From an uncultured Elusimicrobia bacterium (GTDB lineage Bacteria > Elusimicrobiota > Elusimicrobia > UBA1565 > UBA9628): DNA of 64,000 nt. Made by a program: the position numbers and the translations under genes. The stretch's first letter is position 1. Every line of letters begins with the position of its first letter. Location of the stretch: assembly GCA_964537395.1 (NCBI GenBank), contig CAZIBN010000002.1:14301-78300 (forward strand), read 5' to 3'. Shown here in pieces: positions 1 through 9,134 of this stretch. Below the pieces are notes generated by a model. That model was not told the origin of the DNA. It saw nothing but the letters and a program-made list of their open reading frames with translations, and searched no databases.

Positions 1-960
1 ACCGGCGTGGCCCGACAATTCGTAGCGCTCGAGCTCCTCGGCGATCTGCAGCGCCAGCTTCAGGGCCTCGACGCCGCGCTCGCCGCTCGGCCAGGGCTTG
101 CGGTTGTGGCGGATGCAGTCGAGGAAGTGCTGATGCTCGGTGCGCAGGGGGTCGATCGAGGACAGCTTCGGGCTCAGGTACTCGACGTCCTTGAGGCTCT
201 TGATCACCGGGGTCTTCTTGCGGTAGACCTTGAGCGCGGTGTTGCCGTAGTCGAGGGAGATGTAGGAATCCTTTTGAAACGCTCGCAGCTTGCGGCTCTT
301 GGTGAGCGAGATGCGGCTCGCGGTCAGGTCGGCCACGCAGCCGGTCTTAAAGCGCACGCGCACGTTGGCGATGTCCTCGTGGCCGGACAGGAGGTTGGCG
401 CCCAGGGCCTCGATGCTCTCGACCTCGGAGCCGACGAGCGTGAGCAGGATGTCGAGGTCGTGGATCATGAGGTCCATGACGACGCCGATGTGGGACATGC
501 GCGGGTCGTAGGGGCCGAGGCGCTCGACCGTTATGTATCGGGGATCGCGGATGTGCTTGACGGCCTCGAGCACGGCGGGGTTGAAGCGCTCGATGTGGCC
601 GACCTGGAGGACGAGCTCCTTGGCCTCGGACAGCGCGAGCAGTTCCTTCGCTTCGTCCACCGACGACGCGAGCGGCTTCTCGATGAGGCAGTGCGCGCCG
701 GCCTGGAGGACGGCCTTGCCGACCTCGTAATGCAGCGGGGTGGGCACCGCGACGATGACCGCGTCCACGCGAGACAGCACGTCCTTGTAGTCGCGGACCG
801 CGACGGTGTTCGACTGCCAGGCCGCGAGCTGGGCCTTCCAGACGTTGGTGTCGCAGACGCCGATGAGCTCGACATCGGTGAGCTTGGACAGCGCGCGCGC
901 GTGATGAGTGCCCATCTTGCCCGCGCCGATGACGGCGACGCGGATCTTCGAGGTTGTCAT
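1..960 (-). CDS. Gfo/Idh/MocA-family NAD(P)-dependent oxidoreductase (3' end runs off the window)
   Basis: Absent from the ORF track because no stop lies in the window. My translation from the ATG at 960 reads MTTSKIRVAVIGAGKMGTHHARALSKLTDVELIGVCDTN..., with a Rossmann GxGxxG at the N-terminus. I checked the frame triplet by triplet and it is open to position 1. ATGA overlap with the lpxI stop (957-960). Confidence 0.8.
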   Translation of the reverse strand, partial: MTTSKIRVAVIGAGKMGTHHARALSKLTDVELIGVCDTNVWKAQLAAWQSNTVAVRDYKDVLSRVDAVIVAVPTPLHYEVGKAVLQAGAHCLIEKPLASSVDEAKELLALSEAKELVLQVGHIERFNPAVLEAVKHIRDPRYITVERLGPYDPRMSHIGVVMDLMIHDLDILLTLVGSEVESIEALGANLLSGHEDIANVRVRFKTGCVADLTASRISLTKSRKLRAFQKDSYISLDYGNTALKVYRKKTPVIKSLKDVEYLSPKLSSIDPLRTEHQHFLDCIRHNRKPWPSGERGVEALKLALQIAEELERYELSGHAG

Positions 961-1799
961 GAAATGGGCCCCTCCAGGGGAAATCCGGCGACGGCGATGC
1001 CGGCGGCGTCGGCATCAATCGCGAAGCGATTCCGGTCGAAGATCAAGGTTGACCCGGCTTCGATCGCGATGGCCCTTACGCCCGCGGCTTTAAAGCTGAT
1101 GAGCGTCTCGAGGCCGACCACGGGCAGGTCGAAACGGAAATCCTGCTTTGGTTTGGCGACCTTGACGACGACAAGGTTCGGTTCTCGGCCCTGGGTGCGG
1201 GCGAGAGCGGCCGCGCGCGCGACGCAGGCATCGGTGCCCTCCATGCCCTCGACGGCGACGATCGCCGCGCCCTGCACGACGACGGTCTGGCCGATGTCGA
1301 AGCCCGCGACGGCCTTGGCGGCGCGCCAGCCGATCATCGCGTCGGCGCGCTCTTCTGCCGTGAACGCCCTCTTGGTGAGCGCTCCGACAGGAGCGAGGAG
1401 GTGCTCGAGGTAAAGCGCGGAGGACACGAACTCAAGGCCGTCCTTCGCGAACTCATCGACGACCGCCTTCAGGATCGTGTCCGTGCGCTTGTCCTTCAGC
1501 GAGAGAAGGACCTTCGCCGCACGCCAGTCGGGCAGGACGCCGCCGAACAGGGACACGTGCTGGACCTTGCCCGCCATGACGACCTGGCGTACGCCCCCAT
1601 CCTTCAGGGCCTTGATAGGCGCGTCGATCTGGCCGAGCTTGAACCAGGTGAGCCCCCCGGCGACGGCCTTCAGCGCCGGGTCGGTGACCCCCGGTATGCC
1701 CAAAGCCACGATGGGCACGCCGCGGCGGTGCGCCTCCTCGGCGACGAGAAAGGGAAAACGGCCGGAGCCGGCGATCAGTCCGAGCGGCTCCGTGGTCAT
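957..1799 (-). CDS. lpxI: UDP-2,3-diacylglucosamine hydrolase, LpxI type (DUF1009)
   Basis: 280 aa. N-terminal GLIAGSGRFPFLVA, central QVVMAGKV, C-terminal AIAIEAGSTLIF are typical of LpxI. It lies directly downstream of lpxA in a lipid A cluster. Confidence 0.8.
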   Translation of the reverse strand: MTTEPLGLIAGSGRFPFLVAEEAHRRGVPIVALGIPGVTDPALKAVAGGLTWFKLGQIDAPIKALKDGGVRQVVMAGKVQHVSLFGGVLPDWRAAKVLLSLKDKRTDTILKAVVDEFAKDGLEFVSSALYLEHLLAPVGALTKRAFTAEERADAMIGWRAAKAVAGFDIGQTVVVQGAAIVAVEGMEGTDACVARAAALARTQGREPNLVVVKVAKPKQDFRFDLPVVGLETLISFKAAGVRAIAIEAGSTLIFDRNRFAIDADAAGIAVAGFPLEGPIS

Positions 1800-1802
1800 G
1801 AG

Positions 1803-2612
1803 TTAGAGAGCGGCCTCTTCGAGCTCCGTCGTGCCGACGGCCGGGCGCGTGAAGCCGCGCTTGCCCGCCGACTCGATGAAGTCGATCCATTCCTGGACTT
1901 CCTTGCAGGGCTTGCCGGCTTTAAGGCGGGCAAGCGCGTCGGCCTGCTGGAGGCCCGACAGGAATAATGTGCGGTAGGCCGCCTTCAGCTCGGTCCGGTT
2001 TTCGGGCGGCACGCCCGCGCGCTTCAGGCCGAGCAGGTTGAGCCCGCGCATCGTCGCGCGGTCTCCCTGGGTGTTGGCGAAGGGCAGGACGTCCTGGCCG
2101 TTCATCGAGCCGCCGCCGAGCATCGCGAGGCGCCCGACGCGGTTGTACTGGTGGATGGCGCACATGCCGCCGAGCACCGCGTAATCGCCGATGTGAACGT
2201 GGCCCGCGAGGAGCACCGCGTTGACGACGATGACGCCGTCCCCGACGACGCAGTCGTGCGCGATGTGCGAGCAGGCCATGAACAGGCAGCCGGAGCCGAT
2301 CTTGGTGAGGCCGCCGCCCTGGGCGGTGCCTCGGTTGATCGTCACGCACTCGCGCACCGTGTTCTTGTCGCCCATGACGAGGCGGGTCTTCTCGCCCGCG
2401 TACTTGAGGTCCTGGGGGGGCGTGCCGACGTAGCAGCCGGGATGCAGGACGTTGTCAGCGCCGAGCGTCGCGTGCTCGACGACGGTGTGCGCCCCGACCT
2501 TGGTGCGCGCGCCGATGATGGTTTCGGGGCCGATGATCGCGTAAGGGCCGATCTCGGCCGTGGGATCGATCTTGGCGGTGGCGTCGACGACGGCCGTGGG
2601 ATGGATGGCCAT
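1803..2612 (-). CDS. lpxA: Acyl-ACP:UDP-GlcNAc O-acyltransferase
   Basis: Start re-set to the internal ATG at 2612 (MAIHPTAVVD...). The track ORF to 2849 adds 79 R/G-rich residues overlapping fabZ. Hexapeptide-repeat left-handed beta-helix, HIAHDC motif and C-terminal helical domain. Confidence 0.9.
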   Translation of the reverse strand: MAIHPTAVVDATAKIDPTAEIGPYAIIGPETIIGARTKVGAHTVVEHATLGADNVLHPGCYVGTPPQDLKYAGEKTRLVMGDKNTVRECVTINRGTAQGGGLTKIGSGCLFMACSHIAHDCVVGDGVIVVNAVLLAGHVHIGDYAVLGGMCAIHQYNRVGRLAMLGGGSMNGQDVLPFANTQGDRATMRGLNLLGLKRAGVPPENRTELKAAYRTLFLSGLQQADALARLKAGKPCKEVQEWIDFIESAGKRGFTRPAVGTTELEEAAL

Positions 2613-2617
2613 GGTGG

Positions 2618-3100
2618 TTATGCGGCGGCCTTGTCGACGAGCGCGAACGTCATGGTCGCCTCGGCGACCATCTTGTCGCCCACGTACGACTCGCCCCTGA
2701 ACTTGCCCGCGCGGCCCAGCCGCAGGATCTCGATGTGATGCTTGAGCACGGTCCCGGGAAGCACGGGCGCGCGGAACTTGGCCTCGTCGATGCCCATGAA
2801 AAAGGCGATCTTGTTCTCGAAGCCGCCCTTGGAGAGAAGCATCGCGCAAGCGGTTTGTGCCATGGATTCAATGATAAGAACTCCCGGCATAACGGGTTGC
2901 CCCGGAAAGTGGCCCTCAAAAAATTGTTCGTTGGCCGTCACCATTTTTATTCCAATGCAGTACTTGTCTTCCTGAATCACTTCTATTTTATCCACGAGCA
3001 GAAAAGGATAGCGGTGGGGGATGGCCTTCTTGACTCCCATGATGTCGAGCGAGCGGACGGGCGCTCCGATGAACGGCGAGGGAATGGTTTCGGTGGTCAT
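2618..3100 (-). CDS. fabZ: 3-hydroxyacyl-ACP dehydratase
   Basis: 160 aa. Hot-dog fold signature PHRYPFLLVD ... FFEGHFPGQPVMPGVLIIE. Located between lpxC and lpxA. Confidence 0.9.
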   Translation of the reverse strand: MTTETIPSPFIGAPVRSLDIMGVKKAIPHRYPFLLVDKIEVIQEDKYCIGIKMVTANEQFFEGHFPGQPVMPGVLIIESMAQTACAMLLSKGGFENKIAFFMGIDEAKFRAPVLPGTVLKHHIEILRLGRAGKFRGESYVGDKMVAEATMTFALVDKAAA

Positions 3101-3101
3101 G

Positions 3102-3995
3102 TTATTGAGCCTCCAGGGCGGGCGTTTTGGGTTTACGCAGCTTCTTGGCTGCGGCGTCGAGGAGCTTGGCGAACTCGACGTTGTGGGCGTGGCCGAGGCG
3201 CTCGGCCTCGATCTTCATCTTGAACAGCGGGCGGCCGATCAAGGTCAGGTCGCCGATGAGGTCGAGCATCTTGTGGCGCACGAACTCGTCGGGGAAGCGC
3301 AGCCCCTCCGCGTTCGTGTGAAAGCGGTCCTTGCCGATGACGATCGCGTTCTCGAGGCTGCCGCCCTGGGCCAGGCCCTGGGACTTGAGGTAGGCGACCT
3401 CGTTCTCGAAGCAGAAGGTGCGCGCGCGCGCGACCTCGGCGAGGTAGCTCTCGCGCTCGACGACCATCGACAGGGTCATCTTCGGCATGAGAGGGTGATC
3501 GTGGATGAGCGTGGCGACGATCTCGAACTTGTCGGAGGGTGTGGCGCGGTACTTCGCCCCGTCCTTGGCCGTGTAGGCGATCTCGTGCGGCAGATGCAGC
3601 CAGCGCTTCGGCGCGTCGAGGGTCTTCAAGCCCGCCCGGATGAGCGCCTCGATGAAAGGCAGCGCCGAGCCGTCCATGATGGGAGGCTCATTGGCCGTCA
3701 CCAGGATGTCGACGTTGTCGATGCCCAGCCCCGTGCAGGCGGACAGCACGTGCTCGACGGTGTGGACCTTGGCGTCGCCGAGGCCCAGGTTCGTGCCGCG
3801 CACGGTCGTGAGCACGAAGTCGAGGCGGGCCGGGATCATCGGCGTGCCCGTGAGGTCGGAGCGGAAGAAGCGGATGCCCGTGTTGGCGGGCGCGGGACGG
3901 AAGGAGATCTTGGACTTGTTGCCGGTGTGCAGGCCGACGCCCTCGAGCTCGACCTCCTTGCCGATCGTGATCTGAAGCGGGTTCTCGTCGTTCAT
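3102..3995 (-). CDS. lpxC: UDP-3-O-acyl-GlcNAc deacetylase
   Basis: 297 aa. GVGLHTG, HTVEHVLSA and FVRHKMLDLIGDL motifs of LpxC. Not fused to fabZ. Confidence 0.9.
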   Translation of the reverse strand: MNDENPLQITIGKEVELEGVGLHTGNKSKISFRPAPANTGIRFFRSDLTGTPMIPARLDFVLTTVRGTNLGLGDAKVHTVEHVLSACTGLGIDNVDILVTANEPPIMDGSALPFIEALIRAGLKTLDAPKRWLHLPHEIAYTAKDGAKYRATPSDKFEIVATLIHDHPLMPKMTLSMVVERESYLAEVARARTFCFENEVAYLKSQGLAQGGSLENAIVIGKDRFHTNAEGLRFPDEFVRHKMLDLIGDLTLIGRPLFKMKIEAERLGHAHNVEFAKLLDAAAKKLRKPKTPALEAQ

Positions 3996-4006
3996 ATGTC
4001 GTTACC

Positions 4007-5065
4007 TCATTTCTGTGCGGACAGGCCGAGCTTTTTCTCGAGCTCCTTGACCTTGTCGAACAGCTCGGGCAGGCGGCTGAACAGCGCCTGGAGCTTGAAG
4101 GCTTCGCGGTGCGGGCGGCCGGGCGTGCCGAACAGGACGGTCTTGGCGGGCACGTCGCTCATGACGCCGGTCTGCGCGGTGATGATCGCGCCGTCGTTGA
4201 TCGTCAGGTGGCCGGCGACGCCCGCCTGGCCCGCGAGGATGACGTTGTTGCCGATCACCGTCGAGCCGGCGATGCCGGTCTGCGAGACCACGACGCAGTC
4301 GCGGCCGACCTTCACGTTGTGGGCGATCTGGACGAGGTTGTCGATCTGCGTGCCCGCCCTGATGATCGTCGAGCCGACGGCGCCGCGGTCGATCGTGACG
4401 TTCGCGCCGATCTCACACCCGGCCTCGATGACGACGTTGCCGATCTGCGGGATCTTCGTGTGCTTGCCGGTGGCCTTGTCGGTCAGGAAGCCGAAGCCGT
4501 CGGCCCCGATCACGGCGCCGGGGTGGATGATCACGCCGTCGCCGATCACGCAGTCGTCGCGGATGATGACCTGCGGGTAGATCAGGCAGTTGCGGCCGAC
4601 CTTCGCGTTGGCGCCGATGTACACCTGCGGCATGATGACCGTGTTCGCTCCGATCGCCGCCCCCCGCTCGATGACGACGAAGTCTCCGACGGAGACGTTG
4701 GGCCCGAGCGCGGCCTTGCCGTGGATGGAGGCCTTGGCGCTGTGCGTGGGGAGGATCTTGATCTTCCCGTTGTCATCGATGATCTTCACGAGCTTCGCGA
4801 AGGCGGCCCGCGGCTCCGTCACGATCACCTTGCCCTTCGCGGCGCAGGGAGTGTCCTTGAGATCGGGGGGCAGGAACAGGCAGCCGGCGGGCGCGGTCGC
4901 GGCGAGAGACGTGTACTTCCGGTTCTCGAGGAACACGGCGTCGGACGGGCCGGCATCGGCCAGGTCGGCGACGCTGGTCACCGTGTGATCGAGTTCGCCC
5001 AAGGCCTCGCCGCCCACGATGGCGGCGACATCCGTGATGGTGAGCGGCTTGGGAAGGGTTTTCAT
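4007..5065 (-). CDS. lpxD: UDP-3-O-acylglucosamine N-acyltransferase
   Basis: 352 aa. N-terminal LpxD-type domain followed by a long run of hexapeptide repeats. 4-bp overlap with the skp stop. Confidence 0.9.
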   Translation of the reverse strand: MKTLPKPLTITDVAAIVGGEALGELDHTVTSVADLADAGPSDAVFLENRKYTSLAATAPAGCLFLPPDLKDTPCAAKGKVIVTEPRAAFAKLVKIIDDNGKIKILPTHSAKASIHGKAALGPNVSVGDFVVIERGAAIGANTVIMPQVYIGANAKVGRNCLIYPQVIIRDDCVIGDGVIIHPGAVIGADGFGFLTDKATGKHTKIPQIGNVVIEAGCEIGANVTIDRGAVGSTIIRAGTQIDNLVQIAHNVKVGRDCVVVSQTGIAGSTVIGNNVILAGQAGVAGHLTINDGAIITAQTGVMSDVPAKTVLFGTPGRPHREAFKLQALFSRLPELFDKVKELEKKLGLSAQK

Positions 5066-6027
5066 TGGGCCGGGACGACTCCGCGCAGCTGCTTCAAGAT
5101 CTTGTCGGTCAGGTCGACGGCGGGATGGCCATAGAGGGTCGCGGATTTATCCACGACGACGCTGACGCCCTCGCGCTTGGCGACCTCGGAGATGGCCCGG
5201 TACAGGCGCGCGAGCACCTGATCGGTCTTGCGGCCCTCGGCGTCGAGCAAGCTGCGCTCCGCGCCGAGGCGTTCGCGGTCTAATTCGTTCTGAAGGCGGT
5301 CGATGTCGACCTGTAAAGCAACAATCCTGCCGTCGAGCTCGAGCAGGCGCTGGGCGAGCGTGGGCCCGGCCGGCACGACAGGCGCCGCCGGCGTCGAGAT
5401 GATGACGACGGGCGTGACTGGTGCGGGGGCCGGGACGACGACTGGAGCCGGCGGCGCCGGGGGAGGCTGCGGTTCGCCGCGGTCGCGCGTCGGGTTCAGT
5501 GGAGAGGCGCCCGGACGCTCGAGGTTGAGCGGGCCGTCGGTCAGGCCGGGAAGATTGATCATGAGCGGGGCGGGAGCGGTCTGCGTGGACGTCTCCGGAG
5601 GCGCGGCCGTCACGGGCGCGGCGGGAGGTGCGGGCGTCGGGGCCATGGGCTTGGCGGGCAGCGGAGCGGGCAGGACCACGGGTTCTACGGGGAGCGGCGC
5701 GGGGACGGGCACCGAGACGGTCGGCGTGGAGCGGGCGAGGTCCTCACGCTCGATCTTGATCGTGCCAAGCGCCTGACGCTGGCGCAGGAGCTCGGCCTTT
5801 TTCGTGTTGACGCGCTCCTCGGCCTGGCGGACGAGCTCCTCGAGGCCGTCGCGCGCGCGCGTGGCGTCGGGGCTGGCCGTGAACAGGCGCTTCATGTCCA
5901 CGAAGCCCACGCTGCCGCGCTCGGCGCGGTTTTCCTCGAGAGACAGCTCGATGGCGCGCGCGGTGGCCGCGGAAAGCAAAGACGAAACACAAAGGCACAA
6001 AGACACGAGCAAAGAGGTCGGTTTCAT
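5062..6027 (-). CDS. skp: Skp/OmpH-like periplasmic chaperone carrying a ~120-aa proline-rich insertion
   Basis: 321 aa. Signal peptide, coiled-coil OmpH-like N and C parts (...KAELLRQRQAL...; ...LQNELDRERLGAERSLLD...GVSVVVDKS), and the bamA-skp-lpxD position. Residues ~100-222 are P/A/V/T low complexity. Confidence 0.7.
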   Translation of the reverse strand: MKPTSLLVSLCLCVSSLLSAATARAIELSLEENRAERGSVGFVDMKRLFTASPDATRARDGLEELVRQAEERVNTKKAELLRQRQALGTIKIEREDLARSTPTVSVPVPAPLPVEPVVLPAPLPAKPMAPTPAPPAAPVTAAPPETSTQTAPAPLMINLPGLTDGPLNLERPGASPLNPTRDRGEPQPPPAPPAPVVVPAPAPVTPVVIISTPAAPVVPAGPTLAQRLLELDGRIVALQVDIDRLQNELDRERLGAERSLLDAEGRKTDQVLARLYRAISEVAKREGVSVVVDKSATLYGHPAVDLTDKILKQLRGVVPAQ

Positions 6028-8570
6028 TAGAATAGAGGTCCTAGGCCGAAGTTGATTTGATACAGGCGTTCGCCGTTGCGGTGGTTGAGGCCATAGCCGT
6101 AGTCGAGTCGGATCGGGAAGGCGGGGGTCACGAAGCGCAGGCCTAAGCCGACGTCGGTCTTGATGTTCGTCGTGCCCGAGCCGATGCGGCCGTTGACGTC
6201 GCGAACGCGGTCCCAGGCGCCGCCCGCGTCGGCGAAGATCACAAGCTTGACGATCGTTTTCTTGCGTTCGCGAGCGAGCGGGAAGCCGAACTCGACGTTC
6301 GCCACGCTGTAGATCTTGCCGCCCTGGGGGAAGCCGGCCTCGCCGGAAGGCGAGTAGCCGCGCAGGGAGTCTTGGCCGCCGATGAAGTAGCGGTCCTGGA
6401 CCGGCACATGCCGGGTCTTGTTGAACTGGGTCACGTAGCCGCCGCGGTGGTAGCCAGAGATCACGAAGGGCCAGTCCTCGATGCTGAAGAGAGTGTAATG
6501 GCCCTGGTTCGTGAGGCTGGGCTTGAAGAAGTGGATGTCACCCTGGAACGGTCCGCCCGAGAGCAGGGCGCCCACGCCGTGGCGGGTGCCGCGGGCCGGA
6601 TCCCAGATGCTGTCGCGCGTGTCGCGGGAGAATTCCGCGCCGAACGAGGACTGGATGCTGGTGCCCTCGGTGAGCGCGCCCCTGAACTGGTCCTGCACGT
6701 TCTCGATCGAGATCCGCGCCAGGCCGTAGGTCAGGTTGAGCTGATATTTGTCTTCCTCGAACCGGGGTCCGAGGCGGATCGAGCCTCCCATGCGCCGCTC
6801 GACATAGGCGGACAACGAGGTGTCGAACGGGTTGACCCGCCGGGTGTTGTAGACGTCGAAGCCGAGGCTCGTCGGGCTGTTGCCCACCCAGGGCGTCGTC
6901 CAGCTCACCGAGTAGTCCTGCACGCGCTTGCCGAACGACCATTGGATGGAGCCCTTCTGCGCGCGGCCGAACAGATTCAGATGCTGGAGGGACAGGGTGC
7001 CGATCAGGCCGTCCACCGACGAGTAGGCGGCGCCGGCCGTCAGGATGCCGGGCTTGCCCTCGGCCACGTCGAAGGTCAGGTCGACCTTGTCGGGATCCGA
7101 GGGCGTGGGCTGAAGATCGAGGTCGACGTCGTCGATGAAGCCGAGGTTGCGGATCTTCTCGATGCTGCGGCGCACGCGCGAGGAGCGGAAGATGTCGCCG
7201 GGCTTGATGACGATCTCGCGGCGCAGGACGAAGGTCTTGGTCGCCTTGTTGCCCTCGACGTCCACGTGGCCGACGTAGGAGATGGGGCCCTCGACGATCT
7301 CGAAGAGCACGTCCATGCGGTCCGTCTTGGGGTTCAGGGTTTTGACCGGGTTGATGCGGGTGCGCAGGCGGCCGCGGTCGGAGTAAAGCTCCTGGACGGC
7401 CCGTATGGTCTCCTCGAACTTCTCCTGGCTGAAGACCTTGCCCTTGCGGTACTCGACGGTCTTGGCGACCTCGCTCGAGGTGTAGATCAGGTGGCCCGTG
7501 AAGGTCGTCTCGCCGAAGCGATAGGAGCGGCCTTCGGTCACACCGAAGGCGATATTAATACGGGTCTTGTCGGCGCTGAGAGTGATGAGCGGGCTTGAGA
7601 TGGCGATATCGAGGAAGCCGTTGTTCTTGTAGTGCGCCTCGATCTTCCGGACGTCCTCGGGCAGGTCCTTCTCGAAGTAGACCTTCTTGCGGGCGTTCTT
7701 CATCAGCTTCAGCAGAACCTTGCGCTTGAAGGACTTGGCCCCGCTGAACTCGACGAGCTCGATGCGCGACTTCGCGCCTTCGGCTACCTTGAAGATCAGC
7801 TCCACCGTGGCGGTCTTGGTGTCGGTCTTGACCTCGGGCTCGACTGAGGCGTCAAGGAAGCCTTTCTCGTGATACTTCGCGATCAGCTTCCCTTGATCCT
7901 CGTCGAGCTTGGTCCGGTCGAAGGGGTCCTTGTTCTTGAGGGTGAGGATGTCGGAGAGCGCGCCGCGCGAGAGCTTCTTCTGGCCCGCGAAGGTGATCTT
8001 GCGGATCACGGGCTTCTCCCTGACGACGAAGTTGAGCAGAACCTGGCGGTCGGCGCCGGCGGCCTTGCGGAAGTGCTCGGGGACCTTCTTTTCGAGCAAG
8101 GTGATCTCCGCGCCGACACGCTCGAACAGGCCCAGGCCGAGCAGGGACTGGATATCCTTGTCGAGGTCGGGGCGGTCGTACAGGTCGCCCTTGCGGCCCT
8201 TGATGGCGCCGCGGATCGTGGAGAGCTTGGTGTTCTGCAACCCGTCGGCCTTGATGTCGCCGATGACCCAGGGGCGGGGCACCACTCCGGAGGCCGCCTC
8301 GACGGGTGCCGCCGTGGAAACGGAGGGGACCGCGTAGCCGGTCGCCAGGCCGGGCAAGGGCTGGGCCGTGGTCGAAACGGCCAAGGTTTCGGTCGAAATG
8401 GAGGGGGCCGTCGACAGGGAGGCTGTCGAGACCACTGGCGCGGCGGCTGCGGTTTCGGTCGAAACCGACGGCAACTCAGGAGAAGGCGATGTCACGGAGG
8501 ACACCGTCTGCCCCAGAGCCGACGACGACAGCACGGCCGCGGCGATAACGCTCATAAGGAAGCTTTTCAC
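6027..8570 (-). CDS. bamA: Outer membrane protein assembly factor BamA (Omp85)
   Basis: 847 aa. GTG start, signal peptide, S/T/A-rich linker, POTRA-like repeats, and a C-terminal Omp85 barrel ending QINFGLGPLF. 1-nt TAATG overlap with the skp start. Confidence 0.9.
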   Translation of the reverse strand: MKSFLMSVIAAAVLSSSALGQTVSSVTSPSPELPSVSTETAAAAPVVSTASLSTAPSISTETLAVSTTAQPLPGLATGYAVPSVSTAAPVEAASGVVPRPWVIGDIKADGLQNTKLSTIRGAIKGRKGDLYDRPDLDKDIQSLLGLGLFERVGAEITLLEKKVPEHFRKAAGADRQVLLNFVVREKPVIRKITFAGQKKLSRGALSDILTLKNKDPFDRTKLDEDQGKLIAKYHEKGFLDASVEPEVKTDTKTATVELIFKVAEGAKSRIELVEFSGAKSFKRKVLLKLMKNARKKVYFEKDLPEDVRKIEAHYKNNGFLDIAISSPLITLSADKTRINIAFGVTEGRSYRFGETTFTGHLIYTSSEVAKTVEYRKGKVFSQEKFEETIRAVQELYSDRGRLRTRINPVKTLNPKTDRMDVLFEIVEGPISYVGHVDVEGNKATKTFVLRREIVIKPGDIFRSSRVRRSIEKIRNLGFIDDVDLDLQPTPSDPDKVDLTFDVAEGKPGILTAGAAYSSVDGLIGTLSLQHLNLFGRAQKGSIQWSFGKRVQDYSVSWTTPWVGNSPTSLGFDVYNTRRVNPFDTSLSAYVERRMGGSIRLGPRFEEDKYQLNLTYGLARISIENVQDQFRGALTEGTSIQSSFGAEFSRDTRDSIWDPARGTRHGVGALLSGGPFQGDIHFFKPSLTNQGHYTLFSIEDWPFVISGYHRGGYVTQFNKTRHVPVQDRYFIGGQDSLRGYSPSGEAGFPQGGKIYSVANVEFGFPLARERKKTIVKLVIFADAGGAWDRVRDVNGRIGSGTTNIKTDVGLGLRFVTPAFPIRLDYGYGLNHRNGERLYQINFGLGPLF

Positions 8571-8589
8571 CGGATTGGCCAGTATATCA

Positions 8590-8627
8590 AAAAGGGCGGG
8601 CCCCCTTCCCAGGAGGCCCGCTTTTCC
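8590..8627 (-). terminator. Rho-independent terminator after the 8643..8999 gene
   Basis: GCGGGCC (8596-8602) pairs with GGCCCGC (8615-8621) around a 12-nt loop. On the minus strand the stem is followed by CCTTTTTGATA. It lies 16 nt after the stop. Confidence 0.7.
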
Positions 8628-8642
8628 TTATATGAACCCAAT

Positions 8643-8999
8643 TTAGGACTTGACGAACGCGCTATCGCTGGCTTCGGCATGAGCCTGGCTTCTCCCGGAA
8701 AGGCCGTCGAATGAGATCGAACCTGGGCCCGTCTCGACTTTAACGGGGGGCGGGACAGGCGTCGCCATCTTGAAGCGCGCTTCGCACCCTTTGCGCAGCC
8801 GCCCCGTCCGGGGCTTGCTCCGGGCTTTGAGGACGAAGGCATTGCCCTCGGGCACCAAAGTGAGGACGCACAGCTCGGCATCGAACTGGGTCATCTCCAC
8901 CGCGATCCCGGCGCTGCTGACCTCGACCGTGATGCCGCCCTCGGAGGCGTTCGCCCCGGACGCGCACGCCAGCATCGCCGCCGCCAAAATGATCCTCAT
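8643..8999 (-). CDS. Small exported protein of unknown function (possible lipoprotein)
   Basis: 118 aa. AAGGAG Shine-Dalgarno 6 nt before the ATG, signal peptide MRIILAAAMLACASG (a Cys sits at a lipobox-like position), its own terminator, and GC3-rich codons. I recognise no family. Confidence 0.7.
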   Translation of the reverse strand: MRIILAAAMLACASGANASEGGITVEVSSAGIAVEMTQFDAELCVLTLVPEGNAFVLKARSKPRTGRLRKGCEARFKMATPVPPPVKVETGPGSISFDGLSGRSQAHAEASDSAFVKS

Positions 9000-9110
9000 G
9001 ACGCTCTCCTTGGTCCGCCTGACTTCACCCTACACTACGGGCGGCGGGGAGAATAGGTTTCGTTTTGTGCGCGCTCTAAATCCGCAGCGGGCGGTTCAGA
9101 GGTTGCACCT

Positions 9111-9131
9111 AGGTATTGCGCCGCAATACAT
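9111..9131. promoter_or_regulatory. 21-nt palindrome AGGTATTG-N5-CAATACAT, candidate operator
   Basis: Arms TATTGCG and CGCAATA are perfectly complementary around one central base. The site ends 4 nt before the ATG of the HTH-like gene. A near-identical site sits at 15805-15825. Confidence 0.4.
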
Positions 9132-9134
9132 CGA

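Noticed and set aside
7-1413. 468-aa plus-strand ORF covering the left end
   Set aside because: It is antisense to two minus-strand genes with clear family signatures (Gfo/Idh/MocA oxidoreductase and LpxI). Its translation is A/R/G/D/L-rich with no motif. This is a typical GC-bias shadow ORF.
3021-4580. 519-aa plus-strand ORF
   Set aside because: Antisense to lpxC and lpxD, which have unmistakable motifs. The composition is low-complexity R/A/G/D/V.
5380-5720. Possible CRISPR or tandem DNA repeat (also 8290-8520 and 26330-26540)
   Set aside because: The reiterated GC-rich motifs lie in frame inside coding sequences and encode P/A/S/T low complexity. There is no repeat-spacer periodicity and no cas genes.
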